A stretch of DNA of 31,008 nt from Candidatus Eiseniibacteriota bacterium (GTDB taxonomy: Bacteria > Eisenbacteria > RBG-16-71-46), in contig JANLWX010000214.1 in NCBI GenBank assembly GCA_031364845.1, forward strand, positions 1-31,008, written 5' to 3'. Each line of letters starts with the position of its first letter. Positions within the stretch are counted from its first letter, which is position 1. Below the pieces are notes generated by a model. The model saw only the letters and a program-made list of their open reading frames with translations, was not told where the DNA came from and did not search any database. This document shows, piece after piece, positions 1 through 9,076 of this stretch. A program made the position numbers and the translations under genes.

Positions 1-1
1 G

Positions 2-1084
2 AACGACGCCGACTTCGGCCAGTCCACGAAGCGGGGCGTCGAGATGGCGATGGAGGAGCTGATGGCCCAGAAGCAGGGCAAGATCGGCGGGCTCTCCTTG
101 CGTACCGTGATCGAAGACGACCAGGGAAAGCCGGAGGAAGCGGCGACCGTCGTGCAGAAGCTCATCACGCAGGACAACGTTTGCGCGGTGATCGGCGAAG
201 TCGCTTCGAGCCGAAGCCTCGCCGCCGCGCCCAAGTGCCAGGAGGCGGGCGTTCCGATGATCACGCCGTCTTCGACCAATCCCAAGGTCACGCAGGTCGG
301 CGATTTCATCTTCCGCATGTGCTTCCTGGACTCGTTCCAGGGTGCTGCGATGGCGAAGTTCACCGCCCTCAATCTCAAACTCCAGCGGGTCGCGATCCTG
401 AAAGACGTGAAGAACGAATACAGCGTTGGCCTGTCGCAATACTTTACCGAGGCCTTCACGCAATTGGGAGGACAGGTCGCGGTCGAGCAGGCCTATAGCG
501 CGGGCGATCAGGATTTCCGTGCCCAGCTCACGGCGATCAAGTCCAAGAATCCGCAGGCGATCATCCTGCCGGGCTACTACACCGAGGCGTGGCTGATCGC
601 GCGCCAGGCGCGCGAGCTGGGCATCAAGGTGCCGATCATCGGCGGCGACGGGTGGGAGAGTGACCAGTTGATCGGCATCGGGGGCGAGGCCATCGAGGGC
701 TGCTTCTACACGAACCACTTCGCGGCCGACCGGCCCGATTCGACGCTCCAGGGTTTCCTCGCGCGGTTCAAGGCCAAGCATGGCGCCGAGCCCAACGCCA
801 TCTGCGGTCTCGCCTACGACGCGGCGAATGTGCTGTTTCGCAGCATGGAACAACTGCACGCGCAGGATCCCGATGCGTTCGCCGCACTCGGCTCCAACAA
901 GGCCGGCACACCGGAGCGCAAGGAAGCGGATCGCAAGCTGCGAGACCTGATCGCCTCGACCACCGGTCATGTCGGTGTCACCGGCACCATCACGCTCGAT
1001 GCGAACCGGGATGCCTCGAAGCCTGCGTTCGTACTCGAGATCAAGGGTGGCAAAAAGGTGTATAACACGATGATCGCTCCGTGA
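2..1084 (+). CDS. livK: Branched-chain amino acid ABC transporter substrate-binding protein (LivK/LivJ family), 5'-truncated by the window edge
   Basis: Frame is open from base 2 (NDADFGQSTKRGVEM...). Typical motifs EDDQGKPEEA, VIGEVASS, ITPSSTNPKVT and DQDFRAQLT. First gene of the liv operon. Confidence 0.9.
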   Translation, partial: NDADFGQSTKRGVEMAMEELMAQKQGKIGGLSLRTVIEDDQGKPEEAATVVQKLITQDNVCAVIGEVASSRSLAAAPKCQEAGVPMITPSSTNPKVTQVGDFIFRMCFLDSFQGAAMAKFTALNLKLQRVAILKDVKNEYSVGLSQYFTEAFTQLGGQVAVEQAYSAGDQDFRAQLTAIKSKNPQAIILPGYYTEAWLIARQARELGIKVPIIGGDGWESDQLIGIGGEAIEGCFYTNHFAADRPDSTLQGFLARFKAKHGAEPNAICGLAYDAANVLFRSMEQLHAQDPDAFAALGSNKAGTPERKEADRKLRDLIASTTGHVGVTGTITLDANRDASKPAFVLEIKGGKKVYNTMIAP

Positions 1085-1088
1085 GCTT

Positions 1089-1264
1089 CGGTCCGGGAGG
1101 AGCACGGCGCGAGCGAGCGGCGGTCGCGCAGCGACGCTCCCGGCGAGGGAAGCAGCCAGGATGGCTGCGACCGATGCCGGGGGAGCGAAGCGCGACAGGA
1201 AGTCGCGCGCAGCGGGCGTCGCGGAGCGATTGCCGCTCGCTCGCGCCGTGCTCCTCCCGGACCG
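1089..1264 (+). repeat. Structured intergenic repeat (REP/MITE-like), copy 1
   Basis: Perfect 33-bp inverted repeat at 1089-1121 / 1232-1264. The 126-bp core (1114-1239) recurs in reverse orientation at 7452-7577. Internal hairpins GCAGCCA-GGA-TGGCTGC and GCGCGAC-AGGAA-GTCGCGC. Confidence 0.85.
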
Positions 1265-1274
1265 GGCCCCACGC

Positions 1275-2177
1275 ATGAGCGAGTTCCTGCAGCAACTGAT
1301 CAACGGGGTCACGCAGGGCAGTGTGTACGCGCTGATCGCGCTCGGTTACACGATGGTGTACGGCATCCTGCGCCTCATCAACTTCGCGCACGGTGACGTG
1401 TACATGCTGGGCGCGTTCTTCGCGTACTACTCGGCGCGCTGGTACGGGGCGGCACAGGATCCCAATCCGATGAAGGCGCTGCTGGTGCTGGTGACGGCGA
1501 TGGTCGGCTGCGGGATCGCGGGCTGGATCATCGAACGCGCGGCGTACCGGCCGGTGCGCAAGTCCTCGCGACTCGCGGCGCTGATCACCGCGATCGGCGT
1601 GTCGCTGTTGCTCGAGAATGGCGGCCAGATCCTGTTCGGCGCCGATCCCAAGTTCTTCCCGCAGATCATTCCGTTGAAGAACATCCCGCTCGGCGGCGGG
1701 GTCACGATCTCGAACCAGCAGTTGATCATCCTCGCGGTGTCGCTCGGACTGATGGGTCTGCTGCGCTTCATTGTCTTGAATACGCGGACCGGCAAGGCGA
1801 TGCGCGCGGTGTCGTACAGCCACACCGCGGCGTCGTTGATGGGCATCTCAGTCGATCGCATCGTGAGCTTCACGTTCGTGCTCGGCTCGATGCTCGCCGC
1901 GGCCGGCGGTGTGCTGGTGGCGCTCAAGGATCCGAAGATCGAGCCTTACATGGGTGTCTTGCCCGGCATCAAGGCGTTCGTCGCCGCGGTGCTCGGCGGG
2001 ATCGGCAACATCCCGGGTGCGGTACTCGGCGGTTTCGTGATGGGCATCGCCGAGGTGCTCGTGGTCGGCTACGTGTCGCCGACGCTGCGGGACGCGATCG
2101 CGTTCGTGCTGCTGATCGTGATCCTGCTCGTGAAGCCGGCCGGACTGCTCGGCAAGAACGTGGCGGAGAAGGTCTGA
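1275..2177 (+). CDS. livH: Branched-chain amino acid ABC transporter permease LivH
   Basis: Motifs QQLINGVTQGSVYALIALGYTMVYGILRLINFAHG and KAFVAAVLGGIG. Start taken at ATG 1275; the longer ORF extension lies in the repeat. Confidence 0.93.
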   Translation: MSEFLQQLINGVTQGSVYALIALGYTMVYGILRLINFAHGDVYMLGAFFAYYSARWYGAAQDPNPMKALLVLVTAMVGCGIAGWIIERAAYRPVRKSSRLAALITAIGVSLLLENGGQILFGADPKFFPQIIPLKNIPLGGGVTISNQQLIILAVSLGLMGLLRFIVLNTRTGKAMRAVSYSHTAASLMGISVDRIVSFTFVLGSMLAAAGGVLVALKDPKIEPYMGVLPGIKAFVAAVLGGIGNIPGAVLGGFVMGIAEVLVVGYVSPTLRDAIAFVLLIVILLVKPAGLLGKNVAEKV

Positions 2178-3163
2178 TGCGCCGCGCGCTGTGGGGCGTG
2201 GGACTGCTCGCGGTCATATGGCTCGTCGACTACATCGCGCCGCGAATGGTAAACGCTTACATCATGCAGATCGCGGTCCTGTGCGGGATCAACGTGATCC
2301 TCGCGGTGTCGCTCAATCTGATCAACGGATTCACCGGACAGTTTTCGATCGGCCACGCCGGCTTCATGGCGGTCGGCGCCTACGGGGCCGCGATGTTCAC
2401 GCTCGGCGTTGGCCAGAGCTGGGTCGCGGGACTGGTCGCCGCCGGGGTGCCGGCTCCGATCGCGCAGGGCATCGCGCTGTCGGTGGCGCTCGTGATCGGC
2501 GGGCTGGTGGCGGCGGTCGCCGGATATCTCGTGGGCCTGCCGAGTCTGCGTCTGCGCGGCGACTACCTCGCGATCGTGACACTCGGCTTCGGCGAGATCA
2601 TTCGTGTGTTGATCCTGAACATCGAAGCCGTCGGCGGCGCGCGCGGCCTGTTCGGGATTCCGGTGTGGGTGAGTTTGTTCTGGGTGCTGGTCGGCGCCAC
2701 CGGCGTGGTGCTGCTGTCGCGCCATCTTGCGCACAGTACGCACGGCCGCGCGCTGTTCGCGATTCGCGACGACGAAGTCGCGGCCGAAGCGCTCGGCGTC
2801 GACACCACGCGCTACAAGGTGCTCGCGTTCGTGATGGGCTCGTTCTTCGCCGGGATCGCGGGCGGGTTGTTTGCGCACTTTCTCGGCTACCTCAACCCGA
2901 GCAGCTTCTCGTTCCTCAAGAGCATCGAAGTCATCGCGATGGTGGTGCTCGGGGGCATGGGCAGTATCTCCGGTGCCGTGATCGCCGCGATCCTGTTGAC
3001 CGCCCTGCCCGAAGTGCTGCGCCCGGTGAAGGACTACCGGATGGTGCTCTACGCGCTGATGCTGATCGTGCTGATGATCACCCGGCCGCAGGGCCTGATG
3101 GGCAGCCGCGAGCTGTCGTGGCCGCGATTCCTCAAGCGGCGCAAGGCCGGAGCCGCGGCATGA
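2177..3163 (+). CDS. livM: Branched-chain amino acid ABC transporter permease LivM
   Basis: Motifs [37 protein letters not shown] and [14 protein letters not shown] overlap with livH. Confidence 0.93.
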   Translation: MRRALWGVGLLAVIWLVDYIAPRMVNAYIMQIAVLCGINVILAVSLNLINGFTGQFSIGHAGFMAVGAYGAAMFTLGVGQSWVAGLVAAGVPAPIAQGIALSVALVIGGLVAAVAGYLVGLPSLRLRGDYLAIVTLGFGEIIRVLILNIEAVGGARGLFGIPVWVSLFWVLVGATGVVLLSRHLAHSTHGRALFAIRDDEVAAEALGVDTTRYKVLAFVMGSFFAGIAGGLFAHFLGYLNPSSFSFLKSIEVIAMVVLGGMGSISGAVIAAILLTALPEVLRPVKDYRMVLYALMLIVLMITRPQGLMGSRELSWPRFLKRRKAGAAA

Positions 3164-3951
3164 GCGAAGCGCTGCTGCGCCTCGACAAGGTCACGATGCA
3201 GTTCGGCGGGTTGAAGGCGGTGTGCGATCTCGATCTCGAGATCCCGGCGGGCAGCCTGTACGGATTGATCGGCCCGAACGGCGCCGGCAAGACCACGGTG
3301 TTCAACCTGATCACCGGCGTTTACACGCCGACCGCAGGCTCGATCCACTTCGAGCAGCGCTCGATCCACGGCCTGCGCCCGAGTGCCATCGCGCGGCGCG
3401 GCATCACGCGCACCTTCCAGAACATCCGGCTGTTCGGCTCGCGCTGTTGCCGCGACAACGTGTGCATCGCGCAGCATCAGCACACGACGGCCGGCATCCT
3501 CGATGCCGTGCTGCGCACGAAGCGTTTTGCCGACGACGAGCGCGCGATGCAGCAGCGCGCGCAGGAACTGCTCGAAGTGATGGGCCTCGGCGAGTGGGGC
3601 GACACCCTCGCCGCGGAGCTGCCCTACGGACAGCAGCGCCGGCTCGAGATCGCGCGCGCGCTCGCCGGCAAGCCGCGGCTGCTGCTGCTCGACGAGCCCG
3701 CGGCGGGATTGAATCCGCAGGAGAGCGAAGAGCTGATGCACCTGATCGAGGGCCTCAGGAAGCGCTTCGGCATCGCGATTCTCCTGATCGAGCACGACAT
3801 GCGCGTCGTGATGGGCATCTGTGAGCGCATCGCAGTGCTCGACTACGGTGTGAAGATCGCCGAAGGCAATCCGCTGGAGATCCGTAACGACCCCAAGGTG
3901 GTCGAGGCATATCTGGGCGAAGATGTGCACGCCGCGGATGCGACGACATGA
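3160..3951 (+). CDS. livG: ABC transporter ATP-binding protein LivG
   Basis: Walker [44 protein letters not shown] and C-terminal EAYLG. ATGA overlap with livM. Confidence 0.92.
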   Translation: MSEALLRLDKVTMQFGGLKAVCDLDLEIPAGSLYGLIGPNGAGKTTVFNLITGVYTPTAGSIHFEQRSIHGLRPSAIARRGITRTFQNIRLFGSRCCRDNVCIAQHQHTTAGILDAVLRTKRFADDERAMQQRAQELLEVMGLGEWGDTLAAELPYGQQRRLEIARALAGKPRLLLLDEPAAGLNPQESEELMHLIEGLRKRFGIAILLIEHDMRVVMGICERIAVLDYGVKIAEGNPLEIRNDPKVVEAYLGEDVHAADATT

Positions 3952-3994
3952 ACGCATCGCGCCATGTGATCGAGCACCGTGGAGTCGCAGCGAT

Positions 3995-4708
3995 ATGCCC
4001 GCGCTGATCGAAGTCAAAGGGCTCGATGTCTACTACGGCGCCGTGCACGCGCTCAAAGGCATGCAACTCCACGCCGATGCGGGCGAGATCGTCACGCTGA
4101 TCGGCGCCAACGGCGCCGGCAAGTCGACGCTGCTGCGCACCATCTCCGGTCTCGTGCGCGCGCGCGCGGGGACAATCACGTTCGAAGGCCGTGACCTCAC
4201 GCGCATGCCGCCGCACGACATCGTCGGCCTCGGCATCTCGCAATCGCCCGAGGGGCGCATGGTGTTCGCGAACCTGAGCGTCGAGGACAACCTCGAACTC
4301 GGTGCCTATCTGCGCCACGATCGCGCCGAGATCACGCGCGATCGCCACGAAGTGTTCCGCCTGTTCCCGCGCCTGCTCGAACGCCGCCGCCAGAGCGCGG
4401 GCACGCTGTCGGGCGGTGAGCAGCAGATGCTGGCGATCGGACGCGCGCTCATGTCGCGCCCGCGGCTGCTGCTGCTCGATGAGCCTTCGCTGGGCCTCGC
4501 ACCGCTGCTGGTGCGCGAGATCTTCCGCACCATCCAGGAGATCAATCATCGCGGCGTCACCGTGCTGCTGGTCGAGCAGAACGCGCACATGGCGCTCTCG
4601 ATCGCACAGCGCGGGTATGTGCTGGAGACGGGCACGGTGCGGCTCGAGGACGACGCGAAGAATCTCTTGCGGAATGATGAAGTGCGGAAGGCGTATCTGG
4701 GCGGGTGA
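3995..4708 (+). CDS. livF: ABC transporter ATP-binding protein LivF
   Basis: Motifs GANGAGKST, PEGRMVF, LSGGEQQMLAIGRALM, LLLDEPSLGLAP and RKAYLG. GGAG upstream of ATG 3995. Confidence 0.92.
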   Translation: MPALIEVKGLDVYYGAVHALKGMQLHADAGEIVTLIGANGAGKSTLLRTISGLVRARAGTITFEGRDLTRMPPHDIVGLGISQSPEGRMVFANLSVEDNLELGAYLRHDRAEITRDRHEVFRLFPRLLERRRQSAGTLSGGEQQMLAIGRALMSRPRLLLLDEPSLGLAPLLVREIFRTIQEINHRGVTVLLVEQNAHMALSIAQRGYVLETGTVRLEDDAKNLLRNDEVRKAYLGG

Positions 4709-4714
4709 GGCAGC

Positions 4715-7216
4715 CTATGCCGCCTGCGACACCGATCGCGCGACGGTCGCTTCGATCGCCTGCTGAACGTCCTCGATTGAGAACGGCTTCGCGATCATGC
4801 GGTCGACCGCCGCTTCTGCGAGCGCGTCGGGCGAGACATCGTCGGCCCAGCCGGTGACGAACACCAGCATCACGTCCGGGTCGAGCGCGCGGATCACGTC
4901 GGCGATCTGCCAGCCGGTGAGACCCGGCATTCCGACGTCGGTCAGAATCAGGTCGTAGCTCCCGGGGACATAAGCGCTGATGGCTTCGAGTCCGGTGCCG
5001 TAGGACGTCGGCTCATGGCCCAGTGCCATCACGATGTCCGCCAGCAGATCGCGCACGGGCGCCTCGTCGTCGATGATCAGGATCTTGAGCGGTTGCGGCG
5101 GGGGCGTGCTGCGCATGCCCGGCACGGGCTGTGCGGCCGGGCGGCGGGTGGTGAGCGGGAGGTGGACTTCGACGCGCGTCCCCTGACCCGGCGAACTCGT
5201 CACGCGGATCTCGCCGCGATGGCGCTGCACGATGCCGTAGGCCACCGACATGCCAAGTCCGCTTCCGCTCTCGCCCTTGGTGGTGAAGAACGGTTCGTAG
5301 AGCCGCGCGAGCGTGGTTTCGCTCATGCCGATCCCGTCGTCGGTCACCGTGATCATCACGCCGTCGGGAATCCGTACCGACGACATGCGGATCGTGCCGC
5401 CATCGGGCAGGGCGTCGGCGGCGTTCAGGATCACGTTGGTGAACACTTCGCGCAGTTCGTGCGGGCGCGCTTCGACCCACAGACCGGGGGTCGATTCGAT
5501 CTCGATCGTGATCGCGCGCCCCGAGGCGAGCGCTTCGTTCGACCAGCGCGGGCTCGTGAACTCGGCGGCGTCGCGCAGCACGGTATCGACCTCGATCGGT
5601 TCGGCGGGCGCGTACTCGATGTTGCGGCCGAACAGCCGCAGCCGGCGCACGGTCTCGGCGCCGTCCTTCGACACCTGCTCGATCGCGCGCAATCCGCGCA
5701 CGAGATTGTCGTCTTGCGTGGTCGCGGCCTCGACGTCGCGGCGCAACAACTGCGCGCGTCCGAGCACCGCACCCAGGATGTTGTTGAACTCGTGCGCGAC
5801 CCCGGCCGCCATCTCACCGGCCACGCGCAGCATGCCCGACTGGACGAGATAGTCGCGCGTGCGATCGAGTTCCATGATCGACATTTCGAGGCTCTCGTGG
5901 AGGCGCGCCGCACGCAGTGCGGAAGACAAATGGCTCGCGAGCCCGGCGACGATTTCGGTGTCCTGCGCCGGGAACGCGCGCCGGTCGCGGGAGGCGAGCA
6001 CCAGCAGCGCAGGCGGGCCGAGTTCGTGCGAGAGCGGCACCAGCAACGCCGTGCGGTGCCCGTCGGGACGCAGCAGGCGGGCGAGCCCCCCGTCGAGATC
6101 TTCGTCGAGCACGACGCGGGTCGCCGCTTCGGTCACGTCGATGTTCATCAGCACTTCGCGATCGAGCGTCTCGCCGACGGTGAGCGCGTTCCACGGTGAC
6201 GGCGGATCGAGCCCGATGATGCAATGGGCTCCGGGCTCGGTGCCGGGAACGGCGAGCACGACGGCTTCGCATCCGGTGACCGCGCGCAGGCGCGAAGCGA
6301 CCACGCTGAAGAGTTCGCGCGGATCGTGGGTGATGCGCGCCTCGTTCGCGATCGCGATCACCGCTTCCGTGGCGACGTGCAGGCGCTGCGCTTCGGCGTC
6401 GGCATCGCGCCGCGCGTCTTCGAGGCCGGCGGCCATCGTGTTCATCGAAGCGGCGAGGCCGCCGAGTTCGTCGTCGCTGCGCACCGGCAGGCGATGGTCG
6501 AGCTGGCCGCGCGCGATGCGACCGGCGAGCTCGCTCGCTTCGCGCAGCGGACGCACGACGAGTCCGACGAACAGCACCACCGCGCCGAAGCCGACCATCA
6601 GGGCGGCGATCAGCACCAGCAGTCCGAGTTTCGTCGCGGTGCCAACCGCGGCTTCGACGCGCTCGGTCGACACGACCACCCGTACCGAACCGAGCGAACC
6701 GGTCGCGGAGTGCAGCGGAAGCGGGCCGATCCCGTGCTGAGGCGATGCGTCTGCGTCCTTCGCGCGCGTGCCCGGCACCTGCCAGCGCACGGGTGCCGTG
6801 ATCTCGAGCGTGCGGTGGCCGGGGATCTTCGAGGGGCGCGAAGTGACTGATGATCCGGTCACCGTGGGTGTACCGAGTGCCGACCACACCCCGGGTTCGT
6901 TCGCCCAGCCCACGACCTTTTCACCGTCCTTGGTGTAGAGGGCGATCGCGAGTACGTCGGTTTCGACAGCGGCACGGCGCATCTCGCTCGCGAGCGTCAG
7001 CATGTCGCCCGCCAGATACGGTTCGATCACGTGGTTCGCGACGTCGGTGGCGAGCGCCTGGTGACGGCTCAGGATCTCACTGTAGTGCCAGCGACGGGTG
7101 AGGTTGGCGAGCAGCGCTTCGAATCCGATCGCCTGCACGAAGAGGCCGGCGAACAATAGAATTACGACTCGGGCGCGCAGGCCCGAGAAGGCGCGCACCA
7201 ATGGGTTGCCGCTCAC
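4715..7216 (-). CDS. Membrane hybrid sensor histidine kinase (2 TM, HAMP, GAF, HisKA, HATPase, receiver)
   Basis: HAMP (PLREA...SDDELGGLAASMNTM), H-box AHEFNNILG, N-box NVILNAADA, DDGIGM, FFTTK, GSGLGM, and receiver ILIIDDE/ILTDVGMP/KPF. Confidence 0.9.
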   Translation of the reverse strand: MSGNPLVRAFSGLRARVVILLFAGLFVQAIGFEALLANLTRRWHYSEILSRHQALATDVANHVIEPYLAGDMLTLASEMRRAAVETDVLAIALYTKDGEKVVGWANEPGVWSALGTPTVTGSSVTSRPSKIPGHRTLEITAPVRWQVPGTRAKDADASPQHGIGPLPLHSATGSLGSVRVVVSTERVEAAVGTATKLGLLVLIAALMVGFGAVVLFVGLVVRPLREASELAGRIARGQLDHRLPVRSDDELGGLAASMNTMAAGLEDARRDADAEAQRLHVATEAVIAIANEARITHDPRELFSVVASRLRAVTGCEAVVLAVPGTEPGAHCIIGLDPPSPWNALTVGETLDREVLMNIDVTEAATRVVLDEDLDGGLARLLRPDGHRTALLVPLSHELGPPALLVLASRDRRAFPAQDTEIVAGLASHLSSALRAARLHESLEMSIMELDRTRDYLVQSGMLRVAGEMAAGVAHEFNNILGAVLGRAQLLRRDVEAATTQDDNLVRGLRAIEQVSKDGAETVRRLRLFGRNIEYAPAEPIEVDTVLRDAAEFTSPRWSNEALASGRAITIEIESTPGLWVEARPHELREVFTNVILNAADALPDGGTIRMSSVRIPDGVMITVTDDGIGMSETTLARLYEPFFTTKGESGSGLGMSVAYGIVQRHRGEIRVTSSPGQGTRVEVHLPLTTRRPAAQPVPGMRSTPPPQPLKILIIDDEAPVRDLLADIVMALGHEPTSYGTGLEAISAYVPGSYDLILTDVGMPGLTGWQIADVIRALDPDVMLVFVTGWADDVSPDALAEAAVDRMIAKPFSIEDVQQAIEATVARSVSQAA

Positions 7217-7427
7217 GGGGCGACCGCCTTTTCAGAGGCGCCCGATGCATGAGTGAACTGGAACGCAATGATTGCGATCCGCAGGGTTGGATTCAATCGA
7301 GGCCTTTCGCCCGAAACTACGCCCTGACGGCCTGAGAGGTCGGAAAAGCTTCTACGGTCGGGTTTTCGGCACGGTTGGGGGTTCTCCTGAGGCTTGTTTC
7401 TTGTCGAAATCGGGGGATCTGGCCCGG

Positions 7428-7605
7428 GTGCTCGTTCGGAGGCGGCGGCAGCGAGCGGTAGCCGCTCCGCGCCGCCCGCTGCGCGCGACTTCCTGTCGCG
7501 CTCCGCTCCCCCGGCTCTGTCGGCAGCCATCCCTGGCTGCCTCTGTCGCGGGAGCGTCGCTGCGCGGCCACCGCTCGATCCCGCCGCGTGCCTTCGGAAG
7601 GGCAC
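7428..7605 (-). repeat. Structured intergenic repeat (REP/MITE-like), copy 2
   Basis: Core 7452-7577 is the reverse complement of 1114-1239, with substitutions and small indels. An imperfect outer stem extends to about 7428/7605. Confidence 0.8.
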
Positions 7606-7611
7606 AGCCTG

Positions 7612-7633
7612 CAACTGTCTTCGAAGACAGTTG
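7612..7633. promoter_or_regulatory. Perfect 22-bp palindrome, candidate operator upstream of selA
   Basis: CAACTGTCTTCGAAGACAGTTG is its own reverse complement. It ends 6 bp before a -10-like TATGAT at 7640-7645. Confidence 0.4.
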
Positions 7634-7655
7634 GTCGGCTATGATCGCCGCCCTC

Positions 7656-9074
7656 ATGGCCCGAACCTCTCGAAACGTTTCGCTTCGCTCGCTGCCTTCC
7701 GTGGACGCGGTGCTGCGGCATGAATTGCTGGCCGATGTGCTCGCCGCGATACCGCGGGCGCTGGTCGTGGAGTCGGTGCGCGCCGAGATCTCAGCGGCCC
7801 GTGGCGTGGCAGCGGGCCGGCCGGCATCCGCCGACGACATCGCAGGCCTCGCCGCCCGCCGGGCGCGCCTGGCTTCCACCCCGCAACTGGTGCGCGTCCT
7901 GAACGCGACCGGCATCGTCCTGCACACCAATCTCGGGCGGTCGCCGTTCTCCGAGGCAGCCCGTAAGGCGATCGAGGAGGTTGCCCGGGGGTATTCGAGT
8001 CTCGAGTTCGACGTGGCGACCGGCAAGCGCGGGTCGCGGGGCAGCGGGGTCGAGGGTTGGCTCACTCGGCTAACCGGGGCCGAGGCCGCCGTTGTCGTGA
8101 ACAATGGGGCGGCGGCGATTCTGCTGGCCTTGTCTGCGCTGGCTTCGGGGACGCGCGTCGTCGTCTCGCGGGGCGAACTGGTGGAGATCGGCGGGTCGTT
8201 CCGCGTTCCCGACGTGATGGAGAAGAGCGGCGCGCGGTTGCTCGAGGTCGGAACCACCAATCGAACACACCTCCGCGATTACGAGCGCGCGCTCGACAAG
8301 CACGATGACGTGGGTGCCATCCTTCGCGTTCATCCGAGCAACTTTCGGATCGCGGGCTTCACGGCGCGGCCTTCGGTTCCCGAGCTCGCGGCGCTGGCGC
8401 GCCGCCACAAGGTGCCGCTGATCGAGGACCTCGGCAGTGGCGCGCTCATCGATCTCGCCGCACTCGGTCTCGAATCCGAACCAACCGTAAGAGAAAGTTT
8501 GACTGCGGGATGCGACGTGGTTACTTTTTCTGGAGACAAGCTCCTGGGTTCCTCACAAGCCGGTCTGGTTCTGGGTCGGAAGCGGTACATGGATCGCATC
8601 CGCCGCGATCCGCTCGCCCGCGCGCTGCGCGTCGACAAACTGACGCTCGCAGCACTCGAGGCGACGCTTCCTGCCTATCTCGACCCCGATCGCGCCAAAG
8701 AGGAAATTCCTGCGCTGGCGATGCTGCACACCCCGCCCGACATCCTCGAACGACGCGCTCGCCAGGTCGCTGCGACCCTCGCGCGCCTCGCGCCGGAACT
8801 CAGGACGGACGTCGTGCGCGGCGATGGAGAAGTGGGAGGCGGGGCGTTGCCGGTCACCCGACTCCCGGGCTTTGTGGTCACGCTCGAGGATCCGGAGCGG
8901 TCGGCGGACGAGCTCGAAACGCTCGCCCGCCGTGCGGTTCCCCCCGTCATCGGGTACATCCGCGAGCGCAGGTTCCGACTGGATGTCCGGACACTCACGG
9001 ACCTCGAGGCTGACGAAGCGGCACACACGATCGCCCGTGCGCGCGCGATGCGCGCCGGCACCGAAAGGGAATAG
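7656..9074 (+). CDS. selA: L-seryl-tRNA(Sec) selenium transferase
   Basis: Motifs LRSLPSVD, NATGIVLHTNLGR, VNNGAAA, SRGELVEIGGSFR, EVGTTNRTH, EDLGSG and the PLP lysine motif FSGDKLLG. Start could be 7641 or 7656. Confidence 0.93.
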   Translation: MARTSRNVSLRSLPSVDAVLRHELLADVLAAIPRALVVESVRAEISAARGVAAGRPASADDIAGLAARRARLASTPQLVRVLNATGIVLHTNLGRSPFSEAARKAIEEVARGYSSLEFDVATGKRGSRGSGVEGWLTRLTGAEAAVVVNNGAAAILLALSALASGTRVVVSRGELVEIGGSFRVPDVMEKSGARLLEVGTTNRTHLRDYERALDKHDDVGAILRVHPSNFRIAGFTARPSVPELAALARRHKVPLIEDLGSGALIDLAALGLESEPTVRESLTAGCDVVTFSGDKLLGSSQAGLVLGRKRYMDRIRRDPLARALRVDKLTLAALEATLPAYLDPDRAKEEIPALAMLHTPPDILERRARQVAATLARLAPELRTDVVRGDGEVGGGALPVTRLPGFVVTLEDPERSADELETLARRAVPPVIGYIRERRFRLDVRTLTDLEADEAAHTIARARAMRAGTERE

Positions 9075-9076
9075 GG

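Noticed and set aside
3439..3465. Odd residues in LivG (SRCCRDNV), and similarly in LivK (EAWLIAR, NAICGL)
   Set aside because: The frames are intact. These could be base-call errors or neutral drift and cannot be judged without reads.
7328..7392. Glycine riboswitch-like words on the - strand (GGAGA...GCCGAA...CTCTCAGG), or a sigma28-like TCAGG-N15-GCCGAAAA promoter
   Set aside because: No P2 pairing and no GAAG for P3 in the riboswitch model. The promoter match is too short to support without TSS data.
7272..7655. Long N-terminal extension of SelA, and likewise the LivH extension at 1161-1274
   Set aside because: These are stop-free readings through the GC-rich repeat element. Family similarity begins at about 7656 and 1275.
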